64,000 bases of DNA from Euglena gracilis (Eukaryota), in the NCBI GenBank assembly GCA_039621445.1, contig CP154954.1, positions 20,880,642 to 20,944,641 on the forward strand, read 5' to 3'. The position numbers and the translations under genes were made by a program. Shown here one piece after another: positions 51,511 to 64,000 of the stretch (positions are counted from its first letter, which is position 1; each line of letters starts with the position of its first letter). Below the pieces are notes generated by a model, which worked only from the letters and a program-made list of their open reading frames with translations, had not been told where the DNA came from and ran no database searches.

Positions 51511-54500
51511 ATGCTGCTCTCCGCCCCGGCGGCTGACCGCCGGTGCGGCCCCCTCCTCGTCTCTCTCCTGGCGGTGGGTTGCGTTCTGAGCACGCCACGG
51601 CCTGTGGGTGAGCCATGGAACACGGGAGAACCGGAATAAAATATCCAAAAGACGGCAAATGTCAGTATCAATATCAAATATCAAATATCAATATCAATAT
51701 CAAAAAGGGTGAAACCCCAATGATGTAAGTCTTGGCGGGAACATCAACCTGGTGTCGGCACCTCCGGAGTTCCAAAATTTGTCATGCAAGAAAGTCCACC
51801 TCCCCAAATGAACCAATCAGTGGAGAGTAAAACATCGTTCCCTTCTTTTACTTGCCTTTCTGACTCTTTTTTTTCCCGACACAAAAGCTTGTGCAATGAT
51901 CGTGCATCAACCTTGGGGGGGTTGAGGGGTCATTGAAATTGACATGTTGAGAAGTTGCGATGGGTTTTTTTTTTATTCTGTTCTTTGGAACCACAGACAT
52001 CCCTTCAAATTGACCTCGACCAAGCAGCAAACTGCACACGCAGTGGTGTGGCCGAAATCATTTCTTCTGGACGGGACTCTTTGGCGGCAGGCTGTTTTCA
52101 ATGGTCATCCCTCACACACTGTCTGCTCTGCCAGCAAAAAGCCTTTGTGGATGGCTTTGGCTGAATACCCCACCGCCCAGGAAAATTGGCTTTTCTAGGA
52201 AACCAGCCTCTGCCCTCTGTATTCGTTAATCTGTCCTCATAGGGACCTGCACTTGCTTACCTGTGTCCATCCACATTTTTTCAAGTTGGTCAAGCTGCGA
52301 GCATGCCTGGACACTTTCTGATGCGTGGCATTTTCGCTTGGCAATGCCAGCCTGCCTTCCCGTCCCCCAGCACGGAGTTGGCCGCTGGCCTCCCTCCCGC
52401 CGTACCGCACACCGGGAACGTTGGCACCGCCCGCCTGATGGTTCCGGGTGAGCGTGGGGAACCAGGCTGTGCTGTGCGCATTGCTCGTTTTTTGACACCC
52501 TATCCCACTGTGTGCGGAGTTCGTTGGATTTCTCAAAACAGCCCGCGAGTTGGCGCCAGATTGCTTTCCCAAACCTCGCTTTGTGCCCACGTGATCCGCG
52601 TGGACTGTTTGGAGGCGCTCCGGCCTGGACGGGACCGCGGGATTTCCGACGAGTGGGTCCACCGCCGGCCGCACTGAACGGGGAAGGGCCCCCTGGCCAC
52701 AATCCTCGGCCCAAACAGCTCTGTGCTGCCATGCCCACCAACTGAACGAGGCACCTTTTTTTCGCACTTCCCAAGAAATCTAAGTTGCTCCAACGAACAC
52801 GAAAGTGCGACACCACGGCCCGGGTCCCAGAAGAGTTGGCATCCTGACTTTTGTTCAGGCTCCGTAGATGCACCGCCCGGTTACCCAGGCCTCTTTGGAA
52901 ACCAATCTTGTTGAACCTGACTGGAGGTTTTTTTCTTTTTGGCATTGATCATACGGTGGAGATGATCTGCGGTTAATTCAAGGACTGGGGTTAGGGTTCA
53001 GATTGCATCCCCTCAGTGGAACCTGTTTTCCTCTACAGGGGACCCAGCGAGACCGAAGTGAGTGAAACGCCACCCTTGTATATTTAACACAAGTTGGGTC
53101 ACTCTTTGGGTTCACTGAATACCCTATAGAGGCAAATGGGCAAATTCATCATGAGGAAAGAGGGCAAAGTATCTTTTTTTAGTAAAAAATTCGCACACAA
53201 AACTGGTCCTCCCCGGAGGCTGGTGGTCTCCTTGGAGGGTTCTCCGCGTGACCGGCAGGATTCCATTTTGTTGTAGCCAAAAGACCTCAGCAAAAACACA
53301 CACACAAATGACAAAGTTGCCAGCAGGGTACACCCAACGTCTCAGTCAAGTTGGTCCGATGATGCGTTGCTTCCCTAATGCCGCGTGGTGTGTGGCATGG
53401 CTTGCAAGCTGAGTCGCTCCCGGGCTGCTCAAAGCCAATCAAAACCCTCCACTCCTCTGCGGATGAAAAAGAATCCATCCAGTTGAGGTTGCAATGGAGG
53501 AAATCTCCACAGAGTCCACCCCCAAGTTAGACTTTTATTTTATTGAGAACCCCCAACTGGGAGGGGTCGAACCGCCCCTTTCCCCTGTCTGATTTTCCCC
53601 CTGCCTTAACACCCTCCCAAGTATTTGCCACGCTTCACCCGAACCTCGTTCTCCCGTGGCCCTCCCTGCCAACGCCTGGGGTTTTACGCACAGGGCTGGT
53701 CCATTGGCCGGCTCACTGCCCTCTTCTCCGGAGTTTCTGCCCTCTGTGGAGTGGTGGCTGCCCTCACGTTGGCGGTCCGCAAGTCGCTGCCCTCCCGCCA
53801 GCCCGACCAGGGAGAGGCCGACACAGCACCACATGTTTTTTTTTTGGTTCATTTTTCCATTTTTTTTTTATTGTGCAAAGAGGGGCTTTGAATTGTGATG
53901 TATAGCATCAAATGCATTTTGATGCAGATCCATCTTTGCCAACATGAGAGGAGCCCTTAGCTACTTTCTTAGGGTGCTACTCCCCACCGACCAAGCATTT
54001 TCATCTCAGGGTGTTAACAAGGGTGTAGGGCACTCATTTGCCCCCATCTGGACCATTTCTGGAAGATTTGAAGATTTGCGATATGTTTGGTTCCAAATTT
54101 AGTGCAATACTAATTGCTGGCGTGGCATCCTGCTCCTCAGAAGCTGGGCTGGGACTTGGAAGAAGGAAGTGAAAGCAATTTCTTTTTGCTTGGCTGAGTG
54201 CGTGCTGGGGTTAATTTCTGATGCCCATGGCACCGAATTTCTGGGAACTAATTGCACTGATTCTTCTGCACTTTCTTTAACACATCTGACAACCCATTGA
54301 GGAACTCTTTAAAATTGCGTTGAGCTTTCCACCTGGAGGAGTTGAGCTCCTGACTGTCGATGAATGGTGTGGAAAATCCTCCCATTTCACCCAAAGGAGC
54401 CAGCCATTCCCTAACTTGCCTCATGCAAACTTTGGGGGGCACCCACCCCCAGCCCCGTCTGCCAGCCCCCTGAGGCAGTTGCAAGTTGCCCAAGCCAGTT

Positions 54501-57500
54501 CTACCGTATTGCGTTCTTTGTGGGAGTGGTTTTTTTGAAAAAACATTTTGGCCCCAACTGCGGCCCCGAGGTGGGGTCTCCGCTATTGTGACTTCCCCCG
54601 CCGCTGGGGGAAATCCCAGCCAGACCCCTCCTCCGCCCTGTGGCAACAAGCGCCCTGACCTCCCCCTGCGCAGGGTGAACCGCACGGCGGGGGACGACGG
54701 GGGGCGTTGGCCTCGTTGGTCGCCGTGGCGGCCGCCCCCTTGTTAGTGCACCGAGGGCAGGACCACAAGGACTGAAGGAGGGCGTCCCTCGTTGCTTCCC
54801 ACTTCACAGCCTCATTTCTTACGTTCATTCCGGTCCACCGCGGGGTTTGGCAGCCAATTATTTGTAAAATGCCAATTTCTGCCAATTTGCTTTGGGAAAG
54901 GACCTTCTCGCCATCTCCAGTTTCGCCGTCACCAGTTGGCTCGCCCTCGGTTTTGCTTGTTGACTGTCAGTGTTCGAGTTGGCTCTCGCCTTTCAGACCT
55001 GCCCCCCCCTGTTTGCGGGGCCCGGAGTGTCCCCAGGGATGTGCCCCGCCTTCGTTCGTCTCGCCGGTTCTGCCCTCCGGCCCTCCCGCAGCCGACGCCA
55101 TCGTGGGTGGGGTGGACGTCTCCGCCGCCGAGGCTGCCAGCGTTGGCGCGGTGGGCCTCTACATCGGCCAGGCCCCGACATGCAGCCCCGAATACCTCCC
55201 TGAAGCATCGGGCACACTTGCGTTCCCGTTGCCATTTCACCGGCCTTCCACCACAGGCCAGTTCTCCAGACAGCCCCCCCCCCCCCAACACACCACTGGG
55301 ACGTGCTGGGGCGTGCGTGGTGACCTGGCGGGCTGCACCGTATGCCGCAAACAGGCTGACCCTCATCCTGTCCTCCCTGGGAGGCAGGCGGGCTAATTTG
55401 GCCAAAAGTGGAACTTCAGCGCTGAAGCCCTGGAGGCCTTTTGGCGATATTGTTCTGATTGAGGGGTATGTCTTCCTTAGCACCCGAAGGACTCACAGGC
55501 GCCCCTCCGGGAATTTCTAAGCCCCGTCCCTGGGGAGGAGCCCCCACCCCTGGGGGAGTCCAGCTAGCAGCTTTTTTTCCAGCCCCCCCCCCCCCCGGGA
55601 GTCAGGTGGAAACAAAGTCAGTCATCACAGCCCCACGAAGCCGGGCTTGGACCGGAAAAAAATGGACGTTTTGAAAATCAATTTCAAAAAGGTGAAAGAT
55701 TGGCATTTTTGAGCATTTTTGAGGTTATCACCTCAAATCTTTGGCCAACAGTTTCCAACCCAGGTGGGTTTGGTCTTTTTTTTGCCCGTTTTTGGGCACC
55801 ACCTGGGTCCAGCCTGGTATTTGGTTGGACCCACCCCCCTGGACCACCCCCCTAGGGGGTCCAACAGCATGTTTTTATTCCCCCAGCAAGCACCATTTTC
55901 CAGCCAGACCTCCACCTCAAGGTCCTCAAGAAATTCCCTGCCCTGGATCCTCGACCAGCCTGGCGGGAAGGACGTCCCCGCCACCTGCAGTGGGACGCTC
56001 ATCGCTCCCAACCTCGTCCTCTCCGCAAAGCACTGCATCGACATCAGCACTCAGCTGAATGCCAAGCTCACCAAGATCGTCTTCTCCCCCAATCTGCTGG
56101 ACCCCTCCCAGAGCTGTTATTCTGCTCACCTTTTCCGACCTAACTTTTGGTGCGCTACCAAAAAGACGCGTGGCTGATTTCTTCAGCATGCTCCCTGAAG
56201 GGGTTGACCTTCGCGAGTCGGAACATTCACATAGGGTCGGCATCCACGCAGTGCTGAATGTGGCGTACCTTAACTTTGGCAAGCCCAAAGTTACTTTCTT
56301 TCTTACTTACTTACTCAGCTCAGATGTTGAGTCACTCAGAATCAAAAAATCTTTGCTTTCAGGGGTTGCCCTGGCGACCCGACCCCAACCTACATCATCT
56401 GTGACACCACAAATAGTGAGTCGCCTGCCCCCCCCCCCGTGTCCAACGAACACCCCTGTTCGGACCATAATTTTTGTCACCGTAAGTAAAATTTTGCCTG
56501 TTCGGAACCCCTTTGTCCAATGAACACACCTGTTACACTGTTGAGTGCACGTGCCTGTGTGCGCTGTGTTTGTCGGTGTGTGCGTGACTTGCGTCTGCGT
56601 GTATGTGCGCGCGCTCGCAAGTTGCGTCTGCGTTTTGCATGTATTTGCGCATAATCTGCGCCTGTCATTTTGACCCAATCCCCTCCCCTCCGTCGTGGCG
56701 CCTGCTGCCAACAGCCCTTCCGGCAACGCCCCGGCCCGGGAGGTGGACAAGGTGGTCTCCACCACCGACTACGGTATCGACCTGCAGGGCAACGACCTCG
56801 TTCTGATCCGCATCAAAGACAGGCAATCGCTTGTTTGACACCCCCAAGGCTGAATGTGGTGGGCAGTCGGGTCGTGGTCGCCCCTTCTGATGCCCCATCG
56901 TTGTCATTTTTTTGGCTGCATTTTTTTTATTGTGACTCATTTGTCTCACAGGACAAAAATGACGGGGAAAATTGATGGGAAGTTTTTGAGTTTGGAAAAG
57001 TTGATGATGGGGAAATTACCACAATTCACAGAAAATTGTGGTGGTTTCTCCCACTTTTGTGGAGAAATTTTTTTTGGAAAAAGGCAGTTCAACGTTAAAT
57101 AAAAATGGTCAAAATGGTCTTCTGGGTGTCTTTTTTGTGTTTTTTTTTGTGACATAACAATCCCAAATTGACCATATGTCTCATCCCAACTGTTTATTTG
57201 TGAAATTTGACCACCCCTGAATGTGGCTCCTCCAAAACAGCGTGGAAAGGGTGTGGGGATAAAATGGCGGGAAAAATGAATGGAAAAGTCGGGTGGTTTC
57301 CCATCATTTTTTGTTCCTGTCATTTTTATTTGGACTTATGGTTTGACCCCTTTGTCTTTCTCTCCCACACCCAAGTGCCAAGTGACCTCCAAGTGACCTC
57401 CAAGTGACCCCCCAGTGACCTCCAAGTTCAGTGACCTCCAAGCGACCTGGTGTGTCAGTTGTTGTGCAATGTTCGTGGCTCCCGCCCAGTGTGCGTAGGT

Positions 57501-59087
57501 CCGCAAGCGGAAAGCGATTCCGTGGTCGCGGGCACCGCCCCCGAGCCCTGGCGGCCTGTCCAACTGCCACTGCGCCTCCTGCCACGGGAGGCGGAACTGC
57601 CGGAGGCGGAGCAGACCAGCCGCCTTGTGGGCCTTGGCACCCCCCAGCCAGTGGCCGGCTTATGGAAGTGTGTGCGTGTGCGTGTGTGCATGGGGGCTCA
57701 ACTGTTACTTCTTCCTTTTTCTCTCCATTTCTTCTTCTTCTTTCTTTTTAGTTGTTGTTTTTTGCGTGATGCATTGAGTGTTAAACTGACGTCTTCCTCG
57801 GCCTTTCTGTATGTGAGGGGTGTTGTGTGCAGGCGCGTGTGTGTGATGGTATGCGTGTTGTTGTGAAGTACCACAAAAACCCAAAGCTGTGGGGTTTTCT
57901 TGTGTGGTCTGTGCAATGTGTGCACTTAAACGCTCTGTTTTTCTCCAAGGAGATTTACACAGCGTCCATAGGAGGGGTGGCCAGGCCCTGCCATCAAATG
58001 GCCGCCTACGGCTACGGCGAGACCAAATGGGACACCCGGCCGGAGGACTACACCTCCGGCCGCTTGAAGCGAATCATCATCCAAGTGATCAGCGAAGTCC
58101 AGCCAGGGATGCAAGCACCGGTTGATGGTCTTCGGCTCAACATGCGACCAAAATGGCATTTTTGACAAATTGGAATTAGGGCACCTAATGGTGCCCTCAA
58201 AACCAGAACAGGTAAATGAAACCAGTACAGGTAAATGAAGAAAGTTTTAGTCTTTTTATGTGCAGCGTGGAACTGAGATGACATATTGAAGCAAGAAATG
58301 ATCGACTTCAACAGCAGGTCTTCCCCAAGCAGTGGATATGGACGGTCGCTGGTACCTTCCACCACCCTGATTTGCATTGGGGTGGGGAAGGGAGACAGTC
58401 TTTGCATCATGTCGAGAACCCTTTGAATGGCTGTGCTCGGGCCTGCAGCTGACCATGGGCACCCGGCTTCCTCACCGCTCCTGTTGCCCAATCCTGTTGC
58501 ACTCGTCTTTGCCTCTTTTTTTTTCGTGCAATTTTCTTTGTCTTGTGTCTTATTGGTATGTATTTATGTGTGCCGTGCGCACCTGACAACTCGCGGCCCA
58601 TTGGGGTGGTGATTGGCCATGGATGTCGCGTTTCGTGTCCACGGCACAGGACTGCTGTTTGACCCCGAGTCCGGCACCTGCGCCGGGGACTCCGGTGGCC
58701 AGAGATTTTTTTTTTCAAGTTTAGTGACCTGGGGGTGGGGGATGGATGGTGGGTCTCCCCTGGAGGGGGTGCCCCCCCAGAGGGGTATTCCTCAATTTTT
58801 AATGCGAAGCGCCAGAACAAAATTTTGGACCCCATAATTTCCCCCAAAAGTGCGTCCCCCCAAGCTCCCCAGATGACCCCCAGGGTTGGGTGGCCGGGTT
58901 TGGAACCCCCTCGGGTCCTGAAAAGAATACCTCTGCTGGCGGCGCTGCCATCATGGGCCTGCTCAGCCCAACTGTGGGGCCCCCGCGCACCCTCCTGATG
59001 GGGGTGCAGGCTGCTGCGGAGCTGCCTTGCCGGGCGAACCGCGCCGTGCAGGGTGGCGCCAGCCCGTCAGGCGTGCGGTGCTCATGT

Positions 59088-59152
<65 letters not shown>

Positions 59153-59556
59153 TGTGTTGTGTGGACCATGCTGAAAATGGAGCGGTGTTGTTGTAGTTGT
59201 ACTTCGCAATCTTCATGTGACACACTGTAGGCACCCCCCCTGTTGTACAACCAGACTCTCTCTGGTCTTTGACCAGTTGTTGGTTGGGCCTGGGTGATCT
59301 CCCTTGTGGTCACGGAGCTCATTTTTCTGGATTTCTATTTAGTGCCCCTTTGTTGAACGACGGCAAGTATTGCAAGTATTAAAATAATCTTAAAAAATAG
59401 CAAAATCATTTTGGGATATTTGTAGTCACCCGATTAGGGTTGCCCTGGGCCATCTACATCTACCCGGATACGTTCACGGAGTTCCTCGAGAAGGCGAGTG
59501 CGGACCTCGGCACTCCCCTCACCTCCCAACTCTCCTGGCGCGATTACGCCTCCTGA
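51511..59556 (+). CDS. Trypsin-family (S1) serine protease with long N-terminal extension
   Basis: AIVGGVDV (~55100), CSGTLIAPNLVLSAKHC (~55985-56036), NDLVLIRIK (~56790), AYGYG (~58005), GTCAGDSG/GAA (58675-58696 + 58941), stop at 59554-59556; H/D/S triad intact. The start at 51511 and the 5' exons are tentative. Confidence 0.85.
57378..57442. repeat. Tandem CCAAGTGACCT repeats
   Basis: About five imperfect 11-bp units. Confidence 0.8.
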
Positions 59557-60059
59557 TTCCTCCACATCGACGCCTGTCACCGACACTTCTGGTGCTTCTC
59601 TCTCGTGTCACCTGATGATTGGCGCTGTTGTCTGTCCCCCGTTGACACCTCCTCCGCCCCTTTTTTCAGCCCAATCAATTGTGCTGTCTGTCAGTTGACG
59701 ATGCCATCACTGCATACCACTGGGCTGTTTCTCCCTGTTAGCTTTCTGTTGGCTATCCTACCATCTAATTATGGTGCTAATTAGAAAATGTTTTTGAGCA
59801 CTTTTATTTTATGGTTCTTTGTGGACCACAGGGTTTCCAGGATTCCTCTTCAGCCTGCGACCGTACGACACGCACCACCAGGGGTTAAATGAATCATCGG
59901 ACCACCATTCCAACTCGTTGTCAGCGGGAGTGACGAACTGGCTGGCACAGTGAGTAGGTGGGGGGGATCAACCCCCCCCACCTTCAGGTGGGGCGGGAGA
60001 GTTAGGTTTAGGGTTGGGTTAGGGGGTGGGTTGGGGGTATGATTCAGGTTAGGTGTACG

Positions 60060-62900
60060 CTGCAGCCTCATGCAGCCGTGGCCTCGCCTCCCCCTCTGCA
60101 GGCCACCCCGTATGGCTTGTCTTCCGAGCCCTCTCGCCGGGTAGCCGCCGGGCCCCCACCGATGAGCCGCGCCGAGGCCCTGACCCTGAGCCCCTCCGCC
60201 GCCCGGTACGGGCTGCTGGAGGCACGCTGCTCCTGCGGCTTCCTCCACCCCATCGCCATCTCCAAGCTCGGCATTGCGCCGTACTGCCCCGCCCACTTTC
60301 CTGTCGCTTGTATTTGGACCCCACATGTTGACTCCTCTCTTGGGAGTTCATTCATACCGTGTATATCACATTCACATTGTAAGAGGAGCTTTCGACGCCT
60401 GGCATTTCGCAGCGCCAAGAGGTCTTGAATTTAGGGGATCTGATGTTTCAACTTTTGTAAGGTAATCCCCCCCTAGTAGAAGCGTGGGGCTGCTACAAGC
60501 GCAGTGTCCAAATAAAAGCGCACCCACCGCCGCCGAAGGTGGCAGTCCGCTACGCGCACCCATCCACTTTGATGGAATTTCCAAGAGGAAATCAACAAAA
60601 ATCGCGCAGGTAGGGTTTAAATAGAGGAGCACCCCCGCCGCTGGAGGCGGCGGTTCTACAAGCGCACCCGCGCTTCTTTTATGGAAGGTTTAAGGGCTCT
60701 TTTTTTGCAGAGGATTACATGGGGGGATTATTGGGTTTGGGGGGGGGGCGATTGTGTATTCATTCTCCTGCCAATGAAAAGCGGAAGCATGAATGAAAGG
60801 CTGAACGGGGTGAACGCAGTCGTGCAGCCCATGCCAGGGAGGTGCCAGCCAACAAGCGTGCCGCCACCAGCATCCCATCGCTGCCCTCCACTATGGAAGT
60901 TGCCCCAGCCAGAGACTCCCTGTCCAACCTGCTGTTTTTTTTTGAACTTTGGGTCTCAGCAAAAGTCCTCAGAGGTTTCCAATATACCACGATGACGCAC
61001 CCCGCATAATCTTTGGACAAGCTCCTTTCTTTGGCAAAATCGCTGATGCTTCTCCCCCATCCAAAGGTGACCACCAATTAAAAAAAAGGGGATGCTCCCA
61101 ACGCTTGTTTCTTTTGAGGTCATTGTGTGGAAAGCAATCACTCTTCGGACAGAAACCGACTCTATGATGACCTGGATTTGTTCGTATTCTTCTTTCCCCC
61201 GCCAGCACACGTGGTTTTGTAGACGCTCTCTCTCTGTGTTCTTCAATTTCCCATACTCTCACTTGCTGTGCAACAGCTTTCTGATCCTGGCACGCTGGTT
61301 CAATGTCTGTGTCTATTTCTGTTTTTGTTTAGCAGTGTATTGCTTCCCCAATCCTGCCTTCTGGGAAGAAGTGGAGGGCAGGCTGAATTTTAAGGCAGTG
61401 CCAACCCCACCCCAGGGGGGTGGGTGCCTGCCTGGGCAGGCACTCCAAGGCACCCAGATCCGACCCCCCCCCCCAGGGGGTAAGGGCCAAAAGTGCACTT
61501 GCCCAAGGCACTCCCAGCGCCGGAAGCCCAGAAACAGCCATTTTGGGGCACTTTTTTTGGCCCACGGCCAGGCAGGCACCGACCCCCCCCCAGGGGGTTG
61601 TGCCTGCCTGCCCAGGCACTGCGGGGCACTCTGAGACCCCCCTCCCCCCCTGGGGTTGGTCAAATCCAGTCTGCTAAAAGGTTTTTTGTCCACACACTCG
61701 CCCTCCTTGTGAAGCCTCTCCTGACTGGGGGGTTCCTTGCCTGCGGTGCCTTCTCGGCCGCCCACAACTGCGGAAGAGGAATTGCGGCAGGACACAGAAA
61801 CGTACCTTGAGGAGGCCAGCGCTTCCCTGCCATTCATATTCAGTGTTCAAGAACTTCTCTTGACGGTCAATGTTTCTTCAATTTTTCAAACGTGTGCATC
61901 TTACACTTTGGAATGCTCCCCTCCCTTTGCACTGACCCTAATTTCCGTTTCCAACTGTTATGTATAAACTGTATACATTAATGTATAAATTAAAATGTAC
62001 AAATTCCCAACATGGAGAGGCATAACAGAATGGTGCTCCGGCCGTCTCAAACTTCAAAAATTTGCTTCCATCATTGCTCTGACCCTGGAATGCGCCAAAC
62101 GCCATATCCGGGCACAGTTTTGATTCATCCAGGCGTGACCCAAAATGCATGGGTTTCAGGCCAAAAACGAGAGGCCGGGGGGGGGGTCGAAACACGCTCA
62201 TTTTCGGCTCAAAAACAGTTCTACCGGGTGCAGGAGGCCCACACAAGATGGCTCTGGCCAAAAAAACTGTCGATTTTTTTGTTTGGGCCCCCCGGACCCA
62301 TCAATTTTGTCGCCTGAACGCGTTTCAGAGGTCCAGTCGGGCTGCATTTCGTCCGCGCTCAGGATGGGCAGGTCCGCCTCCGTTGCCCCGCGGCGGCCGG
62401 GGACCGCTGGGCCCGTCCCCCGCCCCCCTCCCCGGCTCTGCCCGCTCGCCCAGGCCGCCCCGCAACGTGGCCAGGGTTTTTTTTTTTTTAGTCTTGGACC
62501 CCCTTGTCTTGGTGGGGACCCCCTTGTCTAGTCTTGGGGGCATGGGAAGGGTGGGTGGGTCCCGCCAAGCCCCCCTCCCCACCCGGGGGGGGGGAGATCC
62601 CCCCAGGGGGGAGGGGAAAGGTGGTATTTTTAGCATTTTTCGCGATTTTTGACCATTTTCGGGGAAAAAGTGGGGGGGGCCAGGGGGTGGGTGGGTGGGG
62701 TGACCCCCTCCCCCCCGGTCTTAAAAAAATCCCTGAACGTGGCCTTCGTGGAGGTGAGCCGCACGCTGACCTCCATCACCCAGCCGCCGCCCCCTCCAGC
62801 CACCCGGGGGTCCTTTGCACTTCTATCCGCCACCAGTGACGATGAACCGCCTCGTGCCTCTTCGCCGCAGCTCCTGAAGCTTGCTCATCTTTTTCTGCGC
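60060..62900 (+). CDS. Unknown protein, probable exons; may continue beyond 62900
   Basis: GC-rich blocks ~60060-60300, ~61690-61830, ~62330-62468 and 62741-~62900; the last two join in frame (PPRNV/AFVEVSRTL). Confidence 0.4.
62472..62735. mobile_element. hAT-like MITE forming a non-conventional intron (62469-62740)
   Basis: Ends CAGGGTTTTTTT / AAAAAAATCCCTG; perfect TSD AACGTGGC at 62464-62471 and 62736-62743. Confidence 0.85.
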
Positions 62901-62941
62901 TATTGACCACCAAACCAGCACCAAATGCACTCACAGCAAAG

Positions 62942-63346
62942 TACCTCCCCCCCCCCCTTGTCTAAGCACCACCCTTGTCTAAGCACCACCCCCCCGGTTC
63001 TTACCCATCTTTTTACAGGTCATCGTCACGGGGAGTTTTATTTTGTGTGCATTTTTAAGGGAAATTTCTCAAAAATTTCGAAATTTCTGCAATTTCTGAG
63101 ACCTGATTTGGTGAGGTATTGTTGATTTCTGCATCCAAATGTGTGTAAGTTCAACAGTGGACCTCCAAATTAAGGGGAATTTTTCCTTTTCGGCGCGAAG
63201 CGCCGGATTTTTTTTGCAGTCAAATTTTTCCCCCTTGTCTAAGCACCACCCCCCTGGTTCTTACCCATATTTTGGCAAAATAAGCACCACCCCCCCGGTT
63301 CTTACCCATCTTTTCCGGTTCTTAGACAAGGGGGGGGGGGAGGTAA
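62942..63346. mobile_element. TA-flanked MITE (Tc1/mariner-like)
   Basis: TACCTCC(C)nTTGTCTAAG ... CTTAGACAAG(G)nAGGTA; internal repeated AAGCACCACCCCCC..GGTTCTTACCCAT. Confidence 0.75.
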
Positions 63347-63905
63347 CAGGAGGTTGAAAAACATAGGGATACTAACATGGGAAATTATGGGCACCGCCGC
63401 CTCAGCTTGTTTTCTTCTGCCCAGAGTTTTCAAACGGACTGCAACCGGAAACCCTGTATCATTGAGAGCGTGGCGAGCAAACTGCCCGAAACCGTTGTTT
63501 TCAAATGTCATGTGTCTGACGGCTGAGATCACTCATCTATCGTTTACCCTTCTTAGACCGTATATGATTTTTTCTGGTCTTTGGTTTATCTTTGACGAAA
63601 GAGGTGTCGGAAAGGAGCAGTGTTTTGAGAATCACCGGAAATTTTTGGGGAAGGAGCTGTTACAAGATTTCAGCTTCCTATTATTTTTATTTGGACAGTA
63701 TGTGTGCACTGCCCATCAAATTATTCCACACTGCCCTCCAATCAGTATCTCCAATATTTGGATCCTATTGTTATTCTTATGGTTAGTCATGCCGTTATCC
63801 ATACACTCCGCCCTGGCAGAGCCTTTTTTTGAGCCTTTTTTTTGTTCCCATCCTCAAGCCTTTTTGGAATGTGGAAAAATTAACACTGCACTCTTTCCAG
63901 ACTCA

Positions 63906-63906
<1 letters not shown>

Positions 63907-63938
<32 letters not shown>

Positions 63939-64000
63939 ACACACAACACACAACACACAACACACAACACACAACACACAACACACAACACACAACACAC
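63907..64000. repeat. (CA)n / (CACACAA)n microsatellite running off the window end
   Basis: Direct reading. Confidence 0.95.

Noticed and set aside
60001-60055. Telomere-like TTAGGG variants (also ~26690 and ~37355)
   Set aside because: Only a few degenerate units, not a telomeric array.

Overview
Intron-rich eukaryotic nuclear DNA, most likely from a euglenid (Euglena-like). This is inferred from the mix of conventional GT-AG introns and stem-forming non-conventional introns with CAG at +4..+6 and CTG at -8..-6. Host genes are split into short GC-rich exons: a GT92-like glycosyltransferase (-), a small ARMET_C/SAP-like ER protein ending KEEL (-), an NSUN2/Trm4-type RNA m5C methyltransferase (-), a Pro/Val/Gln-rich protein (+), a trypsin-family protease (+) and unassigned exon clusters. 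Introns are packed with MITEs and microsatellites. The standout is a 10.9-kb DNA element (11573-22440; 22-bp imperfect TIRs, 5-bp TSD CCAGA) inserted antisense in intron 2 of the ARMET-like gene. It encodes a divergent DDE-like (DUF6589/KDZ-like) transposase and a ParB/Srx-domain protein, and carries at least 23 dispersed copies of an 18-bp palindrome, GAAGCG-N6-CGCTTC, suggesting a ParB/parS-like module on a eukaryotic transposon. All family calls are by-eye motif recognition; no searches were run.
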